Below, piece after piece: positions 41,454 to 53,867 of a stretch of 64,000 nucleotides of DNA. Both the position numbers and the translations under genes were made by a program. This DNA is from Eledone cirrhosa. Lineage: Eukaryota. The notes below the pieces were generated by a model. That model did not search any database. It was not told where the DNA came from and saw only the letters and a list, made by a program, of their open reading frames with translations. Location of the stretch: NCBI GenBank assembly GCA_964016885.1, contig OZ024743.1, forward strand, positions 122,884,001-122,948,000, in the 5' to 3' direction. Positions within the stretch are counted from its first letter, which is position 1. Each line of letters opens with the position of its first letter.

Positions 41454-41760
41454 TCATCACCACCACCACCATCACCACCACCACCACCACCACCAACCAC
41501 CACCATCATTATCATCACCATCATCACCATCATCATCATCACCACCACCACCATCACCACCACCACCACCACCATCACCACCACCACCACCACCATCACC
41601 ACCACCACCACCACCATCATCACCATCATCATCACCACCACCACCACCACCACCACCACTACCACCACCACTACCACCATCACCACCACCACCATCACCA
41701 CCACCACCACCACCACCACCATCATCATCACCATCATCACCACCACCATCATCATCCTCA
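41150..41760. repeat. (CGT)/(CAT)/(CAC)n compound microsatellite
   Basis: Directly visible; source of the Ile/Pro/Thr ORFs. Confidence 0.95.
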
Positions 41761-42598
41761 TAATGCTTTTATCGCTGTTATTGTGCTTATGGTGAAGTTG
41801 TCGTCAACTTCTCCATTACATATCATTCCTCGCTATTGTTATCTATTACAGAGGTGTTTTCCACGAACAATGACTACTTCCTATCCGGTGGTGTCGAGAG
41901 CCAGTCACTCGAACATTAACTAAAAAAATCTGTTAGATCGGAGACTGTAAAGAATGATAGTTTGATCTTTAGATCTTATGGCGAGAGAAAAAAAAAAAAA
42001 AAAAAAAAAAAAGAAGAATAACGAAACTACCCCACGATAAGTTGATTCTATAAGAACTTCCTCTGAGTGCTTATAGTAATTCAAATTACATGGATGTATG
42101 CTTGGTCTGATTCAGATTTCTCAATCTCATATATATTTCATGAAAGGGGGAAGAGTGGGCGCTGAGTAAGAACCGTATAGGTTGAAACAATTAACTCTCC
42201 TGCGATTCTTGGCCTTCAGCAAGATGTCATCCGTCAATTTGCGATACATTTTCTACACAAATATTTGTGATATGTATTGTATTTATTTGTTGATAGGGTC
42301 ATTTATACACACACACATACACACACACACACACATATATATATGTATGTATGTATGTATATATATATATATATGTATGTATGTATGTATATATATATGT
42401 ATGTATGTATGTATATATATATATATATATATGTGTATGTATATATATATGTATAAATAAAATTCGTTTTCGCTCTAATATGGCGGATACCTAAATCTGT
42501 TCGTGAGTTAATAATATTATTATAATATTATTAATATTCGGTTCATTTGCATGGTGTTATAAGGCTATTTGCTTACAAACGAAGAGAACATTAATAAT

Positions 42599-42697
42599 TG
42601 TTTCTACTTTTGGCTCAAGGCCAGCAATTACCCAGTGCATTACTGGTAATTTATTTTAAACCTCGGCGGGATTTGAACTCAGAATGGCAAGGACCAT
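42599..42697 (-). mobile_element. Internally deleted SINE with 21-bp TSD
   Basis: AACGAAGAGAACATTAATAAT at 42578-42598 and 42698-42718. Confidence 0.9.
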
Positions 42698-42727
42698 AAC
42701 GAAGAGAACATTAATAATATAATATTT

Positions 42728-42897
42728 GATTTGGCAGTATCGGTAGAAGGTCGGACGCCATGCTTTCCAGCATAGTTACGTCCCTTTACGGTCTGAGTTC
42801 AAATCCCGTCGAGGTTAACATTGCCTTTCATCGATAAAATAAAGTACCAGTAATGCACTGGGTAATTGCTGGCCTTGTGCCAACAGTAGAAACAATT
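42728..42897 (+). mobile_element. SINE, main family
   Basis: Head, core and tail followed by (ATT)n. Confidence 0.9.
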
Positions 42898-43261
42898 ATT
42901 ATTATTTACTCACGAATACACACTTCTACACACATATGCACACACGCGCACACAGAGACCCCCCGCCACACACACACACAAATATATATATAGTGCAGAA
43001 AATAAGGGTGCTTATCCGTTGAGGTTACATTGTAACGCCGCGAAGAGAAACCGTTTTAAGTAGTCCAAAAGCACCTCACGCCAGTAGTGTATCCCCAGTG
43101 AAATGTAGGTGATCACGTGTGACGGCTTTTGCATTCAGTGTTACTTTTACATAATTAAGTAAAAATAACTGTCTTACCCATATTTCGTATAATATATATA
43201 ATATATTTAAAATATATATATATAATATATATATAGAACTGGTTACACAACAGTTAGTTCA

Positions 43262-43311
43262 CCATATCGAGAACAATTGTTTCACCTTAGCGGATCCTCA
43301 TCTCGTAATGG
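43262..43311 (-). ncRNA. Hammerhead motif in the inverted pLTR (core C3 changed to A)
   Basis: CCATTACGAG-ATGAGGA-TCCGCTAAGGT-GAAAC-AATT-GTT-CTCGATATGG. Confidence 0.65.
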
Positions 43312-43469
43312 ACATGGTTATACGGAACAGGAAGGACAACCGTACGAACACGCATGCGCAGAAGCGATCACTTCACACAAGCAATACTAAATTGCGTGCG
43401 AGAGGTGTAAGGGAGATAACTGCGAATGTCCATTTTCTTATCAACTAGAAACTTTCGGACTTTCGCAGT

Positions 43470-44030
43470 AGCCTGGGCAAAGAAGTCAACAATTTCAGAC
43501 CTATTCGACGTCTCCATGGGATCGTTTGACAGTGCTGACGTATGCGACTTGGTTGGCCCATTTATTTTAGACATATTACGCGTTAGGTTCCCGGACTTCC
43601 ACACGGGAATGTACCGCGACGATGGACTAACCTTATCGAGCCATAAAAGTGGTTACGACTTCGACCGGTTTAAAAAAGACTTAGCTTCTACCTTCAATGA
43701 GTTAGGACTTAGGATAACAGTAGCTACCAACCTCTCTAGCGTAGATTTCTTAGGCATTAATTTAGACCTTCGCACACACACCTACAGACCCCTCCATAAG
43801 TTAAACGAAAAAGTCAATTACATTCACAAGGACTCAAGTCACTCTCCTACTGTTTTTAGAAACTTCGTAATAATATCAGTACTAGAATCTCAAACCTCTC
43901 CTCTAATAAGGCTACCTTTGACAGGGCGGCACCCTACTATAACACGGCGTTAGCTAGAAGCGGCTTCTCGCAACCTATCACTTACTCTCCCTCTAACAAC
44001 GACAGCAATAACAAAGAAAGCGTAACAATA
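43470..44030 (+). pseudogene. PLE reverse transcriptase C-terminal part, frameshifted
   Basis: AWAKK..LFDVSMGSFDSADVCDLVG...GMYRDDGL...VDFLGINLDL...YIHKDSSH, then after a frameshift near 43870 ISTRISNLSSN..FDRAAPYYNTALARSGF. Confidence 0.9.
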
Positions 44031-44038
44031 GACAAACT

Positions 44039-44689
44039 ATGTGGTTCGCTCCTCTCTTCTCACTCAACGTTAAAACGTATGTAGGCAAACAATTTCTATC
44101 CCTCTTAGATAAACACTTTCCCATAGGTCATAAATACCGCTCCATCTTTAACCGACACAAAGTAAAACAAGGATACTCCTGCGCTAAGAACATGAAGGCC
44201 CACATCACCAACAGCCCTAAGAGCAACACCCCACCAGGGTGCTCTTGCCGTAAGCCCGAAGCTTGTCCCCTTCAACAGCAATGCAACACACCCGCTGTAG
44301 TTTATGAGGCTGTGGTCACTTCCAACCGATCAAATCAACCAGAGGAGGTCAAATCCTATGTGGGTATGGCGGAGGGCCGATTTAAGGAACGCTTCCTGAA
44401 TCACAAGTCGACCTTTAGGTACCCGGACAGACGTTCATCCACGAAACTCGCGATCCACGTATGGTCTCTCAAGGACTCAAGTATAGACTACTCCATTCAA
44501 TGGAAAGCCATCACTAAGTCCAAGCCATACGCAAAGGGCAATCCGTCGTGTGGACTTTGTATTGATGAACGAATAAATATTCTAAAGAGATTACACAATA
44601 GTGATTGCCTAAACACGAGAAATGAATTATTTACACGTTGTCCACACGTCTGGAAACACCTCTTACATAACTACAAAGCTCCGGATTGA
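44039..44689 (+). pseudogene. PLE Cys-rich linker plus GIY-YIG endonuclease domain
   Basis: WFAPLFSLNVKT..GKQFL..DKHFP; CSCR..CPL..C; VVYEA...SYVGMAEGRFKERFLNH; CGLC..E; LN.RNEL..RCPH. Confidence 0.9.
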
Positions 44690-44851
44690 ATTACAACAAC
44701 ATCATAATTTTCTTATCGACAAGAAACTTTCGGACTTTCGCAGTTTACTCCCTTACACCTCTCACACGCAATTTAGTATTGCATGTGCGAAGTGATCGTT
44801 TCTGCGCATGCGCGTTCGTACTGTTGTCCTATCTGTTCCGTATAACCATGT

Positions 44852-44901
44852 CCATTACGAGCTGAGGATCAGCTAAAGTGAAACAATTGTTCTCGGTATG
44901 G
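44852..44901 (+). ncRNA. Minimal type I hammerhead motif in the 3' pLTR
   Basis: CCAT-TA-CGAG-CTGAGGA-TCAGCTAAAGT-GAAAC-AATT-GTT-CTCG-GT-ATGG; predicted cut after 44891. Stem II is mutated in this copy. Confidence 0.75.
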
Positions 44902-44990
44902 TGAACTAATTGTTGTGTAACCACTTCTACTTAACTCGTCCCATGGACTTACTGCTCGACCACTACGGATATAACCTTCCAGTGTTCTAC

Positions 44991-45033
<43 letters not shown>

Positions 45034-45078
45034 ATAGGAAGATGTTCCAGACCCCGACGGCTGAGCTCAAGCCGTTTC

Positions 45079-45148
<70 letters not shown>

Positions 45149-45184
45149 TATATATATGTATATATACAGATATATCTATATATA

Positions 45185-45235
<51 letters not shown>

Positions 45236-45238
45236 ATT

Positions 45239-45353
<115 letters not shown>

Positions 45354-45422
45354 CCAGTATATAATGCCAGTACTGGTATTGAATATTCAAGACCGTAGGG
45401 GTATGTCACATATAAAATCATA

Positions 45423-45479
45423 TATTTTGTCTGATGAAAACGTACACCATAGTACCTTTGAAATATATATAATAAAGTA
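45423..45479 (+). ncRNA. Minimal type I hammerhead motif, AT-rich family
   Basis: TATTTTGT-CTGATGA-AAACGTACaccataGTACCTTT-GAAA-T-ATAT-A-TA-ATAAAGTA; 8-bp stem I with two GU pairs. Decayed relative on the minus strand at 63085-63143. Confidence 0.7.
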
Positions 45480-45522
45480 TATATTTTCATTATGAGAATA
45501 TTTTTCATTTGTTAACATTTTG

Positions 45523-45584
<62 letters not shown>

Positions 45585-45730
45585 ATAGAAAGCTATGTAT
45601 ATATTATTTAAAGCTACGCTTGAAGCGAAATCTTATTTCTTATACATATATACATATATATATATATACACATACACGAAGATTGATTTCGAAAAATGCT
45701 AATCGAAGCTGCAACTTCGATGTTACTCAT

Positions 45731-45802
<72 letters not shown>

Positions 45803-46804
45803 CATTTCAGAAGTCCCATTTACTGCTGAAATGGAAAACACAGAAAAAGCAAAGCAGGTAAAAGTAACTGCAAAGAAAGAACTGCTACAGAAACTGGCTA
45901 AGAAATGGCAAGAAAAGCCTCTGTATGGAAAATACCCAGAGCGAGCTAACAATCTTGATGTTGACAAAACTTTAACCCATCAGTGGTTGGCATCCTCTGG
46001 ACTGAAATCGGAGACTCAAGGACTGATTATATCGGCAAAAGATCAGTGTCTGCCAACAAAAAATTACCAAGCCAACATAATAAAAAATGGGTGCAGCCCA
46101 TTATGCCGTGTATGCAAAAAACAACCAGAGACCATTGACCATATAATTTCAATGCGCAGTCCTATAGATCCAACCGAATACCTAAACAGGCATGACAGAG
46201 CTGCACAATACATACATTGGATAATGTGTAAGCATTTTGACCTGCCCCATCAAAAGAATTGGGTGGAGCATCAACCACCTCCCATACTTGAAAAAGATCA
46301 CATCTCAATCTTGTGGAACTTTAGCATCCAAACAGACCGAAAAATAGATGCAAACAGACCTGATATAATATTGAAAGAGGGTATGCCTGCTAATTGATAT
46401 GTCTGTTCCAATAGACAAGAATGTATCTATAAAAAACATTTGAAAAATTGAGCAAGTATAAGGACCTGGAGATAGAAATTGGAAAAATGTGGAAATTGAG
46501 AACTAAAACAATACCAGTGGTTGTAGGCGCTCTGGGAATGATACCTAAGGGGTCTAATGATTACTTATCGCAAATCCCAGGAAACCCGCGTATAGGAGAA
46601 ATACAAAAGATAGTACTAATGGGAACTGCCCATATACTAAGGAAGATTCTGTCAATATAAGTACATCACAAGTCCAAACACTAAAGATGCATGTGTGAAT
46701 ATGTATGTTCTTTCTTGAACATGGCGGACCTTGTTGTCTCTTGAGGTCACTGGTTGTGACTTGGTGATAACTCGTATGAACATAAAGCAAGATAAATGCA
46801 ACTG
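45803..46804 (+). mobile_element. R4/Dong-like RLE non-LTR retrotransposon, 5'-truncated, in (AAT)n
   Basis: WQEKPLYGKY, ETQGLIISAKDQ, CRVCKKQPETIDHIIS, RHD, RPDIIL..IDMSVP..EKLSKYKDL, PVVVGALG, GTAHILRKIL; frameshifts; (AAT)n on both sides. Confidence 0.92.
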
Positions 46805-46833
46805 TAATAATAATAGTAATAATAATAATAATA

Positions 46834-47076
46834 TACTTATCGCAAATCCCAGGAAACCCGCGTATAGGAGAAATACAAAAGATAGTACTAATAGGAACTG
46901 CCCATATACTAAGGAAGATTCTGTCAATATAAGTATATCACAAGTCTAAACACCTAAAGGTGCATGTGTGAGTATGTATGTTCTTTCTTGAATATGGCGG
47001 ACCTTGTTGTCCCTTGAGGTCACTGGTTGTGACTTGGTGATAACTCGTATGAACACAAAGCAAGATAAATGCAACT

Positions 47077-47077
<1 letters not shown>
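46834..47077 (+). mobile_element. Second, heavily 5'-truncated copy of the same Dong-like family
   Basis: Near-identical to 46562-46804; bounded by (AAT)n. Confidence 0.92.
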
Positions 47078-47120
<43 letters not shown>

Positions 47121-47122
<2 letters not shown>

Positions 47123-48166
47123 GGAGAGGACAATAGACCAGGGGATGTCCAATGAGGAAATAACTGTTTCTACTTTTGGCACAAGGCCATCAATTACCCA
47201 GTAAGGATGAAAGGCAAAGTTAACCTCGGCGGGATTTGAACTCAGACCGTAAAGGGAGGACGTAACTATGCTGGAAAGCATGGCGTCCGACTCTCTACCG
47301 ATAATCCACACCCGTTCAATGAGGAAATAACATAAAGGAGAAAGAGCAGGAAAAATCCCTTCATAGTACCTTCTTTGAGAAAACTGAATTTAGAGATCCA
47401 CAGACATGGAATTGGTTAAAAAGAGGAGACCTTAAAAGGGCTACAGAAGGAATGCTAATGGCTGCGTAAGAGCAGGCACTCAAAACGAAGTGGCTGAAAC
47501 ACCATATTTACAAGGCGGAGGCTAGCCCACTGTGTAGCATCTGTGGAGAGAGAGAGGAGACTGTGGCTCACATTCTATCCGAGTGTAAACACCTAGCCCA
47601 GACTCACTATAAAGGCTGGAGACATGATGTGATGGGCAGGGTGATCCACTGGCACCTATGCAAAGAAAACAATTTACCACATTCTGAGAAGTGGTATGAG
47701 CATAAGCCAGAGTCGGTGATAGAAAACGATCAGGTGACGGTGGTATGAGATTTTAGGATACAGACGGATAAGAAACTGGAACACAATAGGCCTGACCTGG
47801 TGGTTTTGGACAAGGAAAAAAGATCGTGCCTGATTGTAGATGTAGCCTGTCCATTTGACACGAGAGTGCAAGAAATGGAGAGGGAGAAAATTAACCGATA
47901 CCAGGACTTAAAGTGGGAATTAAAAAGGATTTGGAACTGCCATGCAATCAGAGTCGTCCCGATTGTCATAGGCGCACTAGGTACTATCTCAAAGAGTTTC
48001 CAAGGATGTTTAAAGAAAGTTAGTCCAGCCCCGCTCTTTGGAATACTTCAAAAGGCATGCTTGCTGGGAACAGCAAGAACCCTCCGATACGTCCTGAATA
48101 TCTGAGGCTGTATGTAGCGGCTTGATATTCATTTCAACAAACTTTCCAGTTAAATAACATCAATGA
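47121..48166 (+). mobile_element. Third R4/Dong-like fragment, different family, interrupted by a SINE
   Basis: WLKRGDLKRATEGMLMAA*EQAL, CSICGEREETVAHILSEC, RHD, NRPDLVV..IVDVACP, PIVIGALG, GTARTLRYVL; in-frame stops; ends in (AAT)n. Confidence 0.92.
47165..47316 (-). mobile_element. SINE nested in the Dong-like element, 15-bp TSD
   Basis: CAATGAGGAAATAAC at 47150-47164 and 47317-47331. Confidence 0.9.
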
Positions 48167-48202
48167 CAATAATAATAATAATAATAATTAATTATTATTA
48201 TG

Positions 48203-48415
48203 AGGGATTGGCATTATCGGTAGAGGGTCGGACGCCATGCTTTGTAGCATAGAGTTACGGCCCTTTATTATCTGACTTCAAATCCCGCCGAGGTTAACTT
48301 TGCCTTTCATCCTTACGGGGACGATAAAATAAAGTACCAGTCACGCACTGGGGTCGATTTAATCGACTTTTCCCTCTCCCAAAATTGCTGGCCTTGTGTC
48401 TATATAAGAAACCAT
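48203..48415 (+). mobile_element. SINE, main family, long form
   Basis: Head, core and tail motifs. Confidence 0.9.
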
Positions 48416-48993
48416 CATTTTTATTATTTTCTCCTAGCCTTCATAATTAATTAAATCAATTGATTAATTGTTTGATTAATTATTCATTGTTTGTTTGATA
48501 ACATGGTTGAGAGCTTACTTTAGAGGCTGTGAGTAAGTTCCTTTGTTCACTCTTTGAATTTTCCCGCCAAAGCTCGGATGTGAAGCTTCCTCTTTTCTTA
48601 AGAAAGAACAAGTGACCCCGCTGCCAAAGTTACTACTCAGCAGTGTAGTTACTAAGCTGCGCACTTTGAAAACAGAACGAAACGCCTGTTGAGAAAGGAA
48701 TATTCTCGTTCTAGCTCAGGACACATCATTGTCTTGCATGTTACGCAACTTGGAGTGTAGCTTTCGGGTTCCCAGAAACCAATCGAAGATATTTATACGA
48801 TATCTATCGATCAGGTCCAGGATCTGTTTGTATTTCGTTGTTGTAGTGGCCTTTCTGGCAACATCTCTCCGGTCGCAATTTTCAAGCCGTTTCGACGGCT
48901 ATTTCTTTAGTCCAGAAATAGCCGTCAAAACGGCTTGAGCTCTGCCGTCGGGGTCATACTTGTTCCTATATATATATGTATATATATATATGT

Positions 48994-49034
<41 letters not shown>

Positions 49035-49527
49035 TGTGCGTGTGTGTGTGTGTGTATGTATGTATATCAGGATGGATTCTGTTTGAAATTGGTTTGACCA
49101 TTACTCACCAGAATACTCGTTATTTGGGGGGTAATACAGTAATGTTATATTATAAAGAGTCGGGACTCCGACGGCTGAGCTGCTGCTGTTTCAACAGCAA
49201 GTTCATGACTGATTGCCAAATGCATTGGCAGTTAACTGGTTGTCGCATCAGGAGTTGTCATATGTCCAAATAAGGGCATACATTTTTCATCTAATTGCAA
49301 AGAATTTTTTTCACGAAAGTATTTTATTTGTTTAGTGAGTATGTGGTTGTATGTATAGATATCTGGCTTAGTGAGTGTTCATATTATGTGTGCGTCTATA
49401 TGTGCGTTCAAGTGTATCTGCCTGGTCATCTCTAAATAGAATAATCGTGGAGAGGGGGCAGAAATATATTTATCGAATGGTGGATTTGTGTCTGTGTGTG
49501 TATGCGTGTGTGTGTCTGTGTGTCTGT

Positions 49528-49604
<77 letters not shown>

Positions 49605-50374
49605 TATGCACTCTGTGAATGCTCTCTCAGACTTTATAGAATTGGCGTCAGTCCTGGCAGCAAAGTGGCCTGATAAAAGCCAGTTGACCGAATGGTAGAA
49701 TAGAATTATCAGCTATGGCAGCCAGATAACCGCCAATGTGTTTGGCAATCAATCTGGAACTAACTGTTGAAAGGGAAAGAGCGCAACCGTCGGGGTCCCG
49801 CCACACGGGATATTATGCATAGTTTCCGTACACTAATTGCAATTACAAAGCATTCGTCAACAGATCTCTACATTTTCTCAAAGTATCATACAGTGGAGCG
49901 AACCTGAGGTTATGTATTGTAAAGCAAACCTTATCCAAAATATATATTTTCACATTTGACTCAAAATCAGTGGCCCTATTTAAAATAACAATAGATGTGA
50001 AAAGATGATTTTTATTTCCATATATTTTCATTGTTACATGATTTAGAAATAATTTTAAGTCTCAAGTCAATGAAAATAGAGTTAATTAGTTCTAGGGAGA
50101 TGCCGGGCATTTTCCAAAAAATTTTACTTTAAATATTGTTTTTCTTTGGGTGATTCCGAAACATAAGATCAAATAATGTGTTTACCATAACTTTGCGTCT
50201 CCAGTTTCGGCTATATATAAAATCTTGTGATTAAAAACGTAGGTTAAAGATAATCCGATATAAAATAATTACTGAAAATGAAATGCCTGGCTTCCAGATT
50301 ACCAGCAGGGAAGTTTTTAATTGATATATTTTACAAGGCTCTATTCATATAAATGTGAGTATGCATGTTTACAT

Positions 50375-50426
<52 letters not shown>

Positions 50427-50457
50427 TTATACATAAATATATACATATATATATATA

Positions 50458-50530
<73 letters not shown>

Positions 50531-50635
50531 CAGTATATATATGTATATATTTATGTATAAATACATATATATATATATGTATGTGTGTGTGTGTGTATTT
50601 ATACGTAAATATATACATATATATATACTGTATAC

Positions 50636-50679
<44 letters not shown>

Positions 50680-51102
50680 ATACATACACACACACACACA
50701 CACACACACATATATGTATATATATATATAGAGAGAGAGAGGGAGTGTATATGTGTGTTCATTATGATGTTTTGTGAGAAAAAATGCAAGCCAAAAGACA
50801 TCAAAAATCATTTAGCTTTACATATCACCAATTAATGGCTGATTTTATTATTTTAAAACGTGATACTGTTATAGATAGGACTTTAATAAAGAACTCCTTG
50901 CAATCTTACTAAAATGTTACTGGCGATATCACTTTCAGATTTCATATAGCTCAATATAACGAATATCACACACGCACACACACACACACTCATATGTGTG
51001 TGTGTGTGTGTGTGTGTGTGTACGCGTGTGTGCATATCTATATCTATTTATCTCTCTATATATATATATGTAAGTATATATATATGTATATATATATATA
51101 CG

Positions 51103-51148
<46 letters not shown>

Positions 51149-51173
51149 CATATATATATATATATATATATAC

Positions 51174-51260
<87 letters not shown>

Positions 51261-51429
51261 ATACTTTGGGAGGGTCATGTTGCCAATAAGAAACACACGC
51301 ACGTGTTTCTTATTGGCAACATGACCCTCCCAAAGTATAACAATATCGGTTTCAACACACGATTTCAGATAAAGAATCTTGCTAAACAAATTCAGAAACG
51401 AAATATATATATATATATATATATATTTA

Positions 51430-51514
<85 letters not shown>

Positions 51515-51527
<13 letters not shown>

Positions 51528-52662
51528 GAGAATGTCTGTCTGTGTAAATCCCTAAAACTCGAGAGGTACCCGACCGATTTTCTTCAAACTTTACACATCC
51601 GTTACTTATATTTCTTGAAGTGCAATGGGCTAAAACAACTTTAACCTTTTCTGCCTAAGGCTCGTATTAGACGAAAAACCGCATTTTAAAGGCATCTTTA
51701 GGCTTTTTTGAGGCATAACTTAAAGATAATCCAGCCGATTTCCTCTGATTTGCAGCACACATTAGTTAGTCCCATCGCAACAAAATTCCGATTCCATTAA
51801 TGGTTTCTAGGTAATTTACGAATTAGCATTGGGCATTACATGCCATTTTCAGTTTCAGTATAAACGCTGCTTAAACATCGTAAGTAACGTTTACTATTTC
51901 GTTAAAAATTTGGTTCATTAACAGAGGACACAAAACTTACTTACTTTTAAGCAGGACCATTTTCGGGGGATTGAGCAAATGAAGAGGACCTTAAAATTTT
52001 TGTCGGCGCCCTGTTGACGCTTCGTACTTTCATCACGCGCAAATCCGGAACCTGTGTACGTTGCTGTGTTATTTGACACCGAAAAACTCACGTCTGTGCT
52101 ACTTCTACTAAGACCCCATTTGTTGCACCTACACCGCAGTATGAACGCCTTGCGCAAGTACGCCGAACAGCGGCTGTGCTAATTCCGTGGTGACGCCTTT
52201 CGTCACACCTTTGTTGCAGTGTAAAAATGATGCCACCAGTGCCGCCCAGCGTTTGTGCTAATTGCACCATGACCTCCGTCTGCTGCAGCTGCGTTACCAC
52301 GCTGATTCGTAATCTCAATATCCCTATTTCAACGTACATGCCTACTTGGTTTTCACACAATTGACTACGTCACTCCTTCAGACTGATGTGATTCCTCATC
52401 CGTGACGTAATTCGTGAACAGATTTACGACATACATCGCCCCACAACACTTACTTACTCCTTTTACATAGAGGATTTCCGCAATCAGCCCACTGACACTG
52501 CTACTACTGGATTAGGCCTGCTGGTGATCTATGTTTCCAGTAGATGAACAATCATTCCCTGAGAACAAAGGAATTCAAAATGTACAGAGCTACATTTCTC
52601 AATCTTTGCATATGCGTGTTGGTATTTCACGATTTCTACCTATGCAACGCCGGGTCCTGCTG

Positions 52663-52666
<4 letters not shown>
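51515..52666 (+). mobile_element. Non-autonomous Helitron-like element
   Basis: 5' TATATAAAA...TGTCTGTCTG and ACCGATTTTCTTCAAACTTTACAC motifs; 3' degenerate hairpin GCAACGCCGGG followed by CTAA (CTRR). Confidence 0.65.
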
Positions 52667-52720
<54 letters not shown>

Positions 52721-53001
52721 TGCAATATATATAAACACGTCTAAAGTCGAATAAGGTGGCAATTGAGAATTGTGAAAAATAGAATGAGACAATTTCACCG
52801 TATAATAACTTGTTGACTTGAATATTAGGGCATATGGATCCCATAACGGAAAAGGTACGCATTAGCACCTAAGGGAATTGAACTCACAACTTTTCGATTT
52901 CCACGTGTGTTAATGACCATTTTTCTGTTATGGAAGATCATATGCCTTAATATGAAACCATTTTCTGTTAATCAATATACCATGAAAGCTTCTAACTCTA
53001 A

Positions 53002-53432
<431 letters not shown>

Positions 53433-53494
53433 AAACCTGACTGTGTACTCTCGCTACGTAGATGACATAAATATCATAATAAAACACCCCTCAC

Positions 53495-53815
53495 AGGAGA
53501 ACAGTTAGGAATTAGAGAGAAACAACACCATGGAAACCATCCAGCAAATAGCTAACTCCATGCACCAGAGTATTAAAGTTACTATAGACTACCCAAATAA
53601 ACACCCCAACCATAGATTACCCGTATTAGACACAGAACTCTGGTTGGAAACTATTAGTACTAGAACGCAAATGCTCCATTCGCGTTACGCATGTGCAACC
53701 CCAAAGAATGAAAGAGACAAATACAACACTTTATCCACTGCATGCAGTTCTCTGGCTACAATCAGAGAGACAAGATGAGGGTATATAAAGGAGCTAGAAC
53801 CAAATGGACAAAGAT

Positions 53816-53818
<3 letters not shown>
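53495..53818 (+). pseudogene. Internally deleted RT fragment of a second PLE lineage
   Basis: TMETIQQIANSMHQSIKVTIDYPNKHPNHRLPVLDTELWL, then MQFSGYNQRDK in another frame; resembles PLE RT motifs 6-7 and thumb; bounded by (TA)n. Confidence 0.7.

Positions 53819-53867
<49 letters not shown>

Larger units (their letters stand above)
43234..44997 (+). mobile_element. Penelope-like element, Naiad-type, 5'-truncated, with inverted 5' pseudo-LTR
   Basis: RT and GIY-YIG remnants. 3' pLTR at 44708-44997, inverted copy at 43234-43431, short direct copy at 43433-43469; flanked by TA-rich tracts. Confidence 0.92.

Noticed and set aside
41037-41795. 252-aa Pro/Thr/Ile-rich ORF
   Set aside because: Translation of a CAT/CAC microsatellite.
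42160-42200. CTGAGTAAGAACCGTATAGGTTGAAACAATT as a hammerhead
   Set aside because: The core is not CTGANGA, and there is no NUH or stem I pairing.
42990-43192. Possible further pLTR fragment (minus strand CGAAATATGGGTA...CTGCACTA) in TA context
   Set aside because: Single copy in the window, no CTGANGA and weak stem III; not enough to call.
44039-44850. Selenocysteine recoding/SECIS, reported for some Naiad elements
   Set aside because: The conserved Cys positions are Cys codons, the only TGA is the terminal stop, and no SECIS-like hairpin was seen by eye.
46660-46804. Dong-like 3' UTR as partner of the main SINE
   Set aside because: No convincing similarity between the SINE tail and either Dong-like 3' end.
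50321-51644. Many [12 protein letters not shown] ORFs here and throughout the window
   Set aside because: Dinucleotide-repeat artefacts.
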